From Azolla caroliniana (taxonomy: Eukaryota; Plantae; Polypodiophyta), in the NCBI GenBank assembly GCA_043228905.1, contig JBHGNT010000003.1, positions 19,530,001 through 19,594,000 of the forward strand: a stretch of 64,000 bases of DNA. The letters are read 5' to 3'. The position numbers and the translations under genes were made by a program. The notes under the pieces are model-generated. The model saw nothing but the letters and a program-made list of their open reading frames with translations. It searched no databases and was not told where the DNA came from. Of this stretch, positions 12,862 through 22,557 are shown piece by piece; positions within the stretch are counted from its first letter, which is position 1, and each line of letters starts with the position of its first letter.

Positions 12862-13878
12862 GACTACAATCGGATGTAGTGCATTAGATTTCAATTGAAA
12901 AGTCATTTATTAATATTTTTTATATGGAAAAAAATATAAATAAATAAATAACATTGAAAAAAGAAAAAAGAAAAGTGAATTTTTTACTTTAATCCAATGC
13001 ATTGTTTGGATTCTAGCTGTATAGACTAAAATACAATCTAGAGCGTCGTATTTTAGCTGAAAAATCCATTTTTTATTATTTTATGAATTTTTTTTAAATT
13101 ACAAAATTTTAAAAATCTTGGATTTTGAACTGAAATCCAGTGCATTGGATTGGATTCCAGTTGAAAATCCAAGATTTTTTATTTTTTCAAATTTCCAATG
13201 GGTTTTAGATTTGTTTGCCGACACAGGTATATAAAACTTGTCACATCAATTTAGATTAATGTTATAGTCTATTCTTCAATTTGATGCAACATGCGCATTA
13301 AAGATGTTCAGGAACTCTATTGCATTAGAGAAGGACCCTAAGCAGGTTAATTTCATCAAAATGAGGATCCAAGGTATTTGGGACTGTCCTGATCAAGACC
13401 AAGAAGTTGGGGCAAAGCATATCAATGAAACTGAGATTTTCCAGATGACTTCTACAGAACCTATGGAACCTATAGTTAAAGAAGCAGGGGACCTTGTTGA
13501 ATTAGAAGACGTGTCAGAGTCTGAACATACTAACAATTCAACTTAAGGTACCAACGAAACCAATGAGGACAATCCTTATGAAAGAGCTAATCTTGAAGAG
13601 AAGGCTTTACCAGACTTATTATTCAATTGAATGGATATGGCTTATTGTAAAATTTGAACAATATGAATTGTTAAATTTTGACGAAATATATAAGTTGAGG
13701 TTATTTATCATTTTCGTGTAACACTCATTGAACTTAGAGATTAAGTATAGTTTGTATGTGTACATGTTGTCTAAAGTCTCCTTTATCGTTTGAGGTATAT
13801 GGGAGATAAAATTATACTCTATCATTTACTCGTATGATTGGAATGTTATTGTAGACGAGTTTATTTATACATTGACGG

Positions 13879-14558
13879 TGTCGTAGTGTGAATCACACAC
13901 TACGTGAAATATGTAAAATACTATATCCGATTTAAAGTACGTATAATAAATAAAATAAAATATTAAAAGTATTTATTACATGCACAAGGCAAGATTTGAA
14001 CCTTGTACCTCCATGTAGACAAACCCCAACCTTACCATTTTATTTACACCTACCTTTATTAAAAGGAAAGTCATGCATTTTTTAGAATGCGTGAATACTT
14101 TATTTATAAGAAAAATGTACACCAATAAAAAATGACTTGTGCACATCTAGCGAGCATGAGCACTATATTTAGGAAATAAAAGCATGGTGTAATAAGGCAA
14201 CTCATGCACATTTAGTGTGCATGAACACTTTGGAAAAAGCATGAAGCTATGCTTAGCCTCTTCGATCCTTATATAAGGAGGAGAGAAAGATGTATGGGGG
14301 GTTGTTGCTTATTTTACAAGGGTGGATTAATATAATATAAACTTGGGATTCACGAATTTGCTAACTATTTTTTTTCCTCTCTTAATCTGAGTACTCACTA
14401 ATACACTATACTCGTGGAATTCACGAGGTTTTCATATCTTTCTTTCTTACAATATATTTCATATTCTTAATTGCCTTAGAATTTTCTTTCCTCCTAGTCC
14501 AAAACCTCAGCGGTTCCCACCCGACTCACGCAACGATCCGGCGCCGAAAGGCACGACA
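13879..14558 (+). mobile_element. Solo LTR (family X)
   Basis: TGTCGT...ACGACA inverted termini; flanks ACGG/ATGG (4-bp TSD with one transition); TATATAA ~14270; 3' end similar to 3922 and 56577. Confidence 0.72.
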
Positions 14559-15149
14559 ATGGTGTCATGTATCACGTGTCAATGGAAATTTTCTCTTGAC
14601 ATAGTAGTATCTCTTAATTCCAAGGTTCACAATTTGCTTTAAGATATATTATATATAACTATACACACATAATTAGAAGAAGTCACTTATTCAATGGGGT
14701 ATGCTTTTTAGAATATGCACAAGGACTCATGGTACTATTATACTTGCGTTGACGAATATACCCCTATCTAAGATTTGGACAAAAACATGGTAGATAGATT
14801 ATACGTCGGATAATTTTGTTGACATGATATTAGTTAGTTCTATTTTTCACTATGCTTTCATAAACCACATACACATGCATCGTGTCTTTTTGAAATTTTG
14901 CTTAAATAAGGAATTTTTTAACATCTCACTAAGATATGAAAAAGAGAATGCAACATATTAACTATTTCAAATGACCCACTGTTCATTTATGTAGTCCCTC
15001 TCAATCTAATGTTCAGTGTTATCTCACAATATGCATCGGAGGTTGAAGTTTTCTTTCTGCCCTTAGCATTTTGTTGACTTCAACTTTCCAACTTTCTCTA
15101 TCTTGGATAACTTCAACTACAAAACCTTCATGGTTTTAATTAGTTTGTC

Positions 15150-15645
15150 AAGTTGTGATTCTAATTCTTTTCCTTTCTCTACTCTTGCATGAGTAGTTGA
15201 TTCTTATTTTGGACAATCTCTCACAATAATATTTTTCGGGCTTTCAACACCCTCCTCCATCCTCAATGCCCCTCTTTAGAGTATAGGACAAGCCTTTGGG
15301 ACCTAGGGCCAATTGGACACAAGTCCAAATGTGCTTGTTCGATCATCTAGAAGGGTCCCTAGATCTTTTATAAATGATTTGTCCATTGTCTCGACGAACA
15401 AATCATCTTTCTCCGGTAGAAGGAGCTCTTGATTCCTTGTTGAGAACTTGTTGTACTTCTTTTCAAATTCTCTCAGTAATTTTGATACTAAGATACCTTT
15501 CTCTCCTTTCTTATTCCACTCAAAAAAGGTCTTCTACATGACTCTAGTGTAATCATCAAGCATATATTCATCTAATAATGGTTGATGAAACCCACTCCAA
15601 TCCACGTGGAATCTTTCTTGAAACTTTTTTACTTTTCCTTGAACC
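15150..15645 (-). pseudogene. Old gypsy gag relic (continues at ~26454-26760), host of element C
   Basis: Minus-strand remnants LLDEYMLDDYTRV...LLREFEKKYNK...DDLFVETMD...LLDDRTSTFGLVSNW resemble retrotransposon gag; many stops. Confidence 0.45.
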
Positions 15646-16868
15646 TGTCATAGACATATGCCACAAAGGAAGGTAGGGATTGAACCCAAGACCTCATGGT
15701 CTCTATTGGGCAAACCCTACCACTTGAGCTACATATGCATGCTTGTATTTAATTCAACTGCATATAGTGTAGATTGAACATTGGAAGTTCCTAGCTTACA
15801 TACATTCTCATTCTCTAGCTTGCATGCATTCTCTATTGCATGCATCCTCATGCGTACTCTATTGCATGCATCCTCATGCATACTCTATTGCATGCATCCT
15901 CATGCACTCTATTTCTAGCTGGCTTACATAACCCTACCCTCTTGTATAAATACTCATGTGCACCTTGATTCTAATCAAGGTGTACAACACAAGTTACAGA
16001 TTCTATAAGTTGAGTTCTTGTTCTTTTCCTCTCTCTTGTTCTCCAGTCTTATCTTCGTTCTACTCTATTATACTTGTCTGTGACAGTTTGTACACCTTCC
16101 TTTTCTTGCTACCATGTCCAGCTCCGTCGACAACCTAAACCAAATCATGGCAGCCTTGCAACAACTTCAACTGGAGAATGAAATCCTTCGGGAATCATTA
16201 CGAGAGTTGCAATCCGGCACTTCAAGAAATCCACTAGCCGCCGAGTCACAACCACCGTCGACACCTAGCCCGACCATGTCCTCTTCTCATCCATATGTCC
16301 TCGAACCAACCATTAGCCTACCCAACAAATTCAATGGCACGAGGGTGTATCTTCAACCAAATTCGGCTTATCATCTGATTACAGCCCCAACAGTATGCTA
16401 GCGACTTTTCTCGGGTTGGGCTTGTTGGCACGCTTCTCTCTGGGCCGGCGCAAGCGTGGTTTGCACCCTTGATCGAGACCTCATCCCCTCTCTTGGAGGA
16501 CTTCACCACTTTCATGGAGGAGCTCGAAACAACATTTGGCGAGACAGATTGGCGACGAATGGCACTCACAAAGCTTTATTCTGTCCAACAAGGTTCACGT
16601 CCTGCCTCGATCTACACCTCAGAGTTCCGCCAGATTACCTGCGATGTTAGTTGGGATGACCAATCCCTATGCGACCATTTCCGTCGTGGTCTCCGAAATG
16701 ACGTCAAGACTCTTCTCTTAAACTTCTCGGAGCCCACATCGTTGTCTCAGGTAATCTCCCAAGCTGTCCAGTGTGACAATCGTCTTTTCGAACTTCGTCA
16801 AGAAGAACGGTAGACGTGCAGGTCTTAGGCTTCTTCTTGGAACGCAACAATCACCAGGCCCTACTTGT

Positions 16869-16957
16869 TGTTGAAGACAAGGCCGTCAATGCGGAAGATC
16901 AAATAGCATTCGATTCGAGTTGAGTACCTGCGTATGACAGTTTCCAAGATCGTGCAC

Positions 16958-16988
<31 letters not shown>

Positions 16989-19900
16989 CACAAAAGAATT
17001 TCTATTCAATAGAAACAATAATACAACCAACCTTACAAAAAGGTTACTAGGTCACTTTATATAGTGACAAACTTAGGGCAACTACCATTTATGCTAATTA
17101 CACAAATGGCCCAAACTTGAGCTATACAAAGGGATAGTGTGAATACGTCCATTATACACTTGTATTCGACACTCCCCCGTAATGGGCGTATACATGGGTT
17201 ATCTAAGATTACAGGTATAAACCTAGGTTCTCGGACATATCAGTTTTTGTTCGGATCGGCAGGGTCCGAAGGCAGAAGACCGGACTGGTCGGGTCGGAAG
17301 AGTTGAAGCCGATCATTAAGGAACTGATGTCGGTTGTCTGAAACCATCCTGCGTTGTGTCCGGCTCTAACCGGATTGGTTTGTCGTTACGCCCATCTGAT
17401 GCCGAAGGGACCGAAAGCGGTCTGCCGAAAGACACTTGGTCATTCCATCTGCGACATTGTCGGTTGTGGATATTTTCTCTAGACCGATTTTCCCTGAAAT
17501 GACGCAGTCCCGAACGAAGTGATATCGAACGTCGATATGTTTGGAGGCGTTGTGGTGAACCGGATTTTTCGACAAGGCAACAGCACCTTGACTGTCGCTA
17601 TAGACAACTGGGGCCGAGTCATGGTCAACTTGTCGAAACGTGTGCGCCAGCCGGCCGAGCCACAAAGCTTCTTTTGCAGCGTCGGACGCAGCTACATATT
17701 CTGCTTCGGTCGTTGAGGTCGTTGTGCATTCCTGAAGTTTCGACTTCCACGAAATTGCTCCATTGCCGAATTTGAAGCAGTATCCAGTTGTTGATTTCCG
17801 ACTGTCTATACAGCCGGCGAAGTCCGAGTCGGTGTAACCGACTACGCCTGAGGTTGAGTTCGGACAGAAAAGAATGCCGTGGTCTTTTGTGCCAGCCAGA
17901 TATTTGAACACATGCTTGACTGCGTTCCAATGCGATCGGCCAGGATTGTGCATAAATCTGCTAACGACTCCTACGGCATGAGAAATAGCAGGCCGTGTCG
18001 CGACCATCAGGTACATAAGAGAGCCGACTGCCGGTGCATACGGTACCGACTTCATATCTTCCCCCTCCGGACCGGATGTCGGGCAGTCTCGCTGAGAGAG
18101 CCGAAGATTCATGGGGAGTGGGGTTGAAGCAGATTTGGCTGATTGCATGTTGAAGCGTTCCAAGACACGTCCGATATAGTCGGTCTGAGACAAAAAAAGA
18201 TGTCGTTTATCGCGATGCCGACTAATCTTCATGCCAAGTATGTGTCGTGCCGGACCGAGGTCCTTCATGGCAAACTTCAACCGCAATTGCCGAATGAGAT
18301 CGGCAAGTTCGCCTGCGTGGCGTCCAGAAATTAGCATGTCGTCCACGTAAATGATGAGGAAGATGGGTGATCCATCTTGAGCTGTGTTGGTAAAAAGACA
18401 ATGGTCCTCATCGCTTTTTGAGAAGCCGATCGATTGGATGAAGTCGTCGAACTTCTTGTACCATTGTCGCGGTGCCTGTTTGAGGCCGTATAGACTCTTC
18501 CTGAGTCGGCAGACTAGATGGTCTTGGCCAGGTGCCACGAAGCCTTTTGGCTGCTCCATATAAATTTCCTCTTCAAGATCACCATGGAGGAAGGCTGTTT
18601 TGACATCTAGCTGAATCAGCTCCAAGTTGTCGGCTGCCACTACGCCGAGTAGAAAACGAAGGGTTGTCATTTTCACCACTGGTGAAAAAATCTCGTCGAA
18701 GTCGACGCCATATTCTTGTCGGAAGCCCTTCGCAACTAATCTGGCCTTGTACTTTGGGGTGGTCGAATCAGACGTCTCTTTTAGTCGATAAACCCACTTG
18801 CAAGGAAGAGCACGTCGATTCTTAGGTAATTCGACCAGATCCCAAGTCTTGTTTGCCCGAATGGAGTGCATTTCCGACTCCATCGCCAGATGCCAGGTGG
18901 CTGAATCGACAGATGTCGATGCTTCTTCGTAAGACGTCGGTTCGCCGGCGTCGGTGAAGAAAATTCCAGGAGAATACCTCTCCGAAGGTTGCGACAGTCT
19001 CTCGGATCGTCGAGGTATGATTGGACTGGTCGTATCGGGTATCGAGGTCGGATGGTCCGAAAGCGAATTGTTCTGCTGTGCCGAGTCAGAGTTGTCCGAG
19101 TCGGTAGTGTAAGGTTCAGCTACCCGTGAAGCTGACCGTGTGTTAAGAGCGGGGCCTTCTTGAAGGGTCGGCACATCGGAAAATGTTACCCTTCGGACTT
19201 CGATCGGTGTTTCGACTGATGGATTCATAGCCGACTCGTTGAACACAACGTCCGAACTTCGAACGATTTGTCTGCGTTCGGGGTCCCAGAGTCGGTATCC
19301 CATTTCGCCGTCTGATCCATACCCAAGGAAAATGCATTTCCTGGACCGAGGTGCAAGTTTTCGGCGATCATCTTTCGGAATAAGGGCGTACGCCTCGCAT
19401 CCGAAGATCCTCAGCTTGTCGTAATTCGGCTTACTGCCGATCCATAGTTCCTGAGGAATTTGAAGTCCTAGAGGTCTACTTGGCGACATATTGATTATGT
19501 GTACTGCCGTGAGTAGAGCCTCTGCCCAGAAGCCATCCGACAGTCCGGAGTGTTGGAGCATGGAAACTATCCGTTCTTGGATTGTCCGATTCATTCGTTC
19601 TGCAAGCCCGTTTTGCTCCGGACTGTGTGGTGCCGTAAATTCACGTCGGATGCCGCGTTGTCGGCAGAATTTGATGAATTCTTCGGATTTGAACTCTCCC
19701 CCATTGTTGGTCCGAAAGCATTTCAGTTTTCGGTCGGTTTGATTTTCTACCATAGCGAGCCAATCGGAGAAGATCGAGAAGACACGATCTTTGGTGCGAA
19801 TTGGATAAGCCCACACCTTTCGAGTCGAATCGTCAATAAAACTGACGAAGTAAGAGGCACCGCCGAGAGACTGATGCGGCATTGGGCCACAGACGTCCGA

Positions 19901-22308
19901 GTGGACTAAATCGAGAGGTCTCGTTTCTCTTGGTGCTGATGTCGGGTGTGATGCGGCTGCTTGTTTGCCATACTGGCAATGTTCGCAAAATTGATGGTCG
20001 GAGAAGGAGAGTTTAGGGATGTATCCGGCTCTAGATAGATGCATAATGCCGGCCTTGCTGAGGTGTCCTAATCTTCTGTGCCATAGTGATGACACAGGAA
20101 TATCCACCAAAAACAGGTTACCCTCTCTGAGCGTAACATGTAACGGATACAGTGAGTGTATCTTGGGTCCTCTAGCAAGCAGGAGGTTCCCCCTGTGGAG
20201 TGTCCACCCTCCCGAAGAGAGACCGGCACGAATGCCGTCTTCATCTAGTTGTCCGACTGAGATCAATGGCCTTGAGAGCTCGGGTACATGTCGGACATTG
20301 TGAAGTACAAGTGTAGAGCCACCTGCAAGGTTGAGCTCTACTGTGCCGATTCCAATGATGTCACAGTGTTGTGAGTTGCCGACTCGAACTGAGTCGGAGT
20401 GACGGATCGTGTATTGCCGAAATTGGGATCGATGAGGAGTCACGTGAAATGACGCGCCCGAATCTAAGAGCCATGTGCTTGATTCTTCAGTCGTGAGCAG
20501 AACTTCTGATCCGACTGGATTTTCGATTGATAGTATATTCGGGTCGTTTGGTAGCACATCAGCTGAGAAGCTGACGTAATTGATCTCCTCATGCCGGCCA
20601 CTCTTCTTGTCTGATTTCTGAGACTTGTCGTTCTTGTTCTTGAGTGCGCGGCAGTCGGCTTTGATGTGTCCAGGTTTCTTGCAATAGTTGCAGATTCGAT
20701 TATCCCGTGACTGGCTCCGTCTTCGCTGATTGTTCGGCTGCCGTGAGGAATCTCTTCCTCGTATGTTCGATCGGTCTGTCGAACCTTGTACTACGTAAGC
20801 GTCGTCTGTTGAGTCTTTGGCGAAAGACTTTCTCCGAGCTGCTTCGGTCAGGATTGCGCTCGTGACTTCGGAGTATTTAACAGCCGTGGTTGACGCGTTG
20901 CACACGGTTGTGACGAAAGTTTCCCATGATGAGGGAAGGCTGCTCATGAGTATCATTGCTCTGAGTTCATCCTCGATTGCTGTCCCCTGAGATGAGATTT
21001 GGGAGCTTATGCTTTCGTACTCATTGAGATGTGCTTGAACCGAATCTGATTCTTTCATCCGCAAGTTGTAGAGGCGCCGAATCAGAAACATCTTCGTTGC
21101 AGCGACCTTCTTTTCGTAGGTGTCCGACAGTGTTTTCCACAGTTCGAATGCTGTCGTACACGATTGCACCGTAAAGTATACCGATTCCGATAGGTGCATC
21201 CGAATCGTGGCGCGGACGATTCTGTCCAGCTTCTGCCACTCAATTGGTTTGTATCCTTCTGGAGGTTCTTCATTTTCGATGGGATCGATTTGCCCCTTGA
21301 CTATGAGATAGTCCTGCATTTGCTCCTTCCAGAAGTTGAAGTTCGATCCATCGAACTTTCGCAGACTCATTTCTGACGAACCGGATGTTGATGCCATCAA
21401 ATTTGGTTTCGGTTGACGAAGCTCGGTTCGGAGTTGACTACGAACCTTGTTGGAGTGCAGCCGGTTGGCTCACCTGATATCGTTCTAGTCGGATTTGAAC
21501 CCGAGTCAGTTCGGCTTCGGATATATGTATGCCAAATACCGATTATTGAAACCGATTGTCTGGACCGATTCTGCTTCGGGTGACTGCAGCGATGAGAGAG
21601 ACGGATCCAACTGATCCTTCCGAATGTCGATCAGCCGGATGAAGCACGAATTGGGGTTGTTGTCTTGAGACCGATCTGCACCGAGTGGTTACAATGAGCG
21701 GCGAGCAGCGTTTGACGACCTCTTCGGATGCCGTTTAACCGAGTGGAGCACGATCGTGTCAATGTTGCACAAGGGGATTTCACCTCGAGCGGTTACGATC
21801 ACAAGGAACAGAGTACAACCGGCTGGCTTACTTCGAGTGATGATCTAACGCAGTGAGATTCAAGCTTGTGTTTGCCTACTTTCTTCTCTGTTTCTTCGAA
21901 TGACGCACGAAACCGAATGTTGTGCAGGCTGTGATGACGCGAAGAACTGAATGCTGTGCAGGCTGAGACGACGGCCGACAGCGGGTTGAGGGACCAGGCT
22001 CTGATACCAAATGTTGAAGACAAGGCCGTCAATGCGGAAGATCAAATAGCATTCGATTCGAGTTGAGTACCTGCGTATGACAGTTTCCAAGATCGTGCAC
22101 AGAGAGAGAGAGAGAGAGAGGGAGGCACAAAAGACTTTCTATTCAATAGAAACAATAATACAACCAACCTTACAAAAAGGTTACTAGGTCACTTTATATA
22201 GTGACAAACTTAGGGCAACTACCATTTATGCTAATTACACAAATGGCCCAAACTTGAGCTATACAAAGGGATAGTGTGAATACGTCCATTATACACTTGT
22301 ATTCGACA
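16869..22308 (-). mobile_element. Intact Ty1/copia element, family B copy 1
   Basis: LTRs 22012-22308 (5') and 16869-17171 (3'); TSD CTTGT/CTTGT; PBS TGGTATCAGAGC (tRNA-iMet type) at 21998-22009; PPT GGGGGAG; one uninterrupted ORF. Confidence 0.98.
17366..21397 (-). CDS. copia gag-pol polyprotein (gag, CCHC knuckle, protease, integrase, RT, RNase H), ~1343 aa
   Basis: CNYCKKPGHIKADC, WLLDSGAS, HSDVCGP, YKARLVAKGF, IYVDDML, YTDSDFAG; no stops. Confidence 0.96.
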   Translation of the reverse strand: MASTSGSSEMSLRKFDGSNFNFWKEQMQDYLIVKGQIDPIENEEPPEGYKPIEWQKLDRIVRATIRMHLSESVYFTVQSCTTAFELWKTLSDTYEKKVAATKMFLIRRLYNLRMKESDSVQAHLNEYESISSQISSQGTAIEDELRAMILMSSLPSSWETFVTTVCNASTTAVKYSEVTSAILTEAARRKSFAKDSTDDAYVVQGSTDRSNIRGRDSSRQPNNQRRRSQSRDNRICNYCKKPGHIKADCRALKNKNDKSQKSDKKSGRHEEINYVSFSADVLPNDPNILSIENPVGSEVLLTTEESSTWLLDSGASFHVTPHRSQFRQYTIRHSDSVRVGNSQHCDIIGIGTVELNLAGGSTLVLHNVRHVPELSRPLISVGQLDEDGIRAGLSSGGWTLHRGNLLLARGPKIHSLYPLHVTLREGNLFLVDIPVSSLWHRRLGHLSKAGIMHLSRAGYIPKLSFSDHQFCEHCQYGKQAAASHPTSAPRETRPLDLVHSDVCGPMPHQSLGGASYFVSFIDDSTRKVWAYPIRTKDRVFSIFSDWLAMVENQTDRKLKCFRTNNGGEFKSEEFIKFCRQRGIRREFTAPHSPEQNGLAERMNRTIQERIVSMLQHSGLSDGFWAEALLTAVHIINMSPSRPLGLQIPQELWIGSKPNYDKLRIFGCEAYALIPKDDRRKLAPRSRKCIFLGYGSDGEMGYRLWDPERRQIVRSSDVVFNESAMNPSVETPIEVRRVTFSDVPTLQEGPALNTRSASRVAEPYTTDSDNSDSAQQNNSLSDHPTSIPDTTSPIIPRRSERLSQPSERYSPGIFFTDAGEPTSYEEASTSVDSATWHLAMESEMHSIRANKTWDLVELPKNRRALPCKWVYRLKETSDSTTPKYKARLVAKGFRQEYGVDFDEIFSPVVKMTTLRFLLGVVAADNLELIQLDVKTAFLHGDLEEEIYMEQPKGFVAPGQDHLVCRLRKSLYGLKQAPRQWYKKFDDFIQSIGFSKSDEDHCLFTNTAQDGSPIFLIIYVDDMLISGRHAGELADLIRQLRLKFAMKDLGPARHILGMKISRHRDKRHLFLSQTDYIGRVLERFNMQSAKSASTPLPMNLRLSQRDCPTSGPEGEDMKSVPYAPAVGSLMYLMVATRPAISHAVGVVSRFMHNPGRSHWNAVKHVFKYLAGTKDHGILFCPNSTSGVVGYTDSDFAGCIDSRKSTTGYCFKFGNGAISWKSKLQECTTTSTTEAEYVAASDAAKEALWLGRLAHTFRQVDHDSAPVVYSDSQGAVALSKNPVHHNASKHIDVRYHFVRDCVISGKIGLEKISTTDNVADGMTKCLSADRFRSLRHQMGVTTNQSG

Positions 22309-22557
22309 CTTGTCGCCCATGCCAACCTTACCATCAGCCAATGAAAACCATACCACAATGGAGGTTGATTCCCATACCCCGATGGAGATCGACCATGCTC
22401 GGTTCCAACCACTAACTGAAGCCCAGCGCCAACATCGTCGGGACAATGGACTCTGTCTCTATTGTGTCAACCCCGACCATGTCATCCGCCACTGCCCTAT
22501 GCGAGGCCCTCGACACCAATTCCATCGTGCACGTCTTGTGGAGGTTCCTCGACAACA

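Larger units (their letters stand above)
7845..13200. repeat. Array of ~55-bp imperfect palindromes with AT-rich spacers (~135-140 bp period), split by the 8981-12861 insertion
   Basis: TGGATTTTCAATGGAAATCCGATGCA-n-TGCATCGGATTTCAGTTGAAAATCCA units at ~8115, 8250, 8388, 8525 and 8817; array resumes at 12867-13175. Confidence 0.85.

Noticed and set aside
13304-13546. 80-aa acidic ORF as a host gene
   Set aside because: No recognisable domain or supportable exon structure; stops follow in frame.
15665-15735. Genuine tRNA gene
   Set aside because: A/B boxes are present, but there is no convincing 7-bp acceptor stem or canonical anticodon arm, and it lies within an LTR; reported as a tRNA-like cassette instead.
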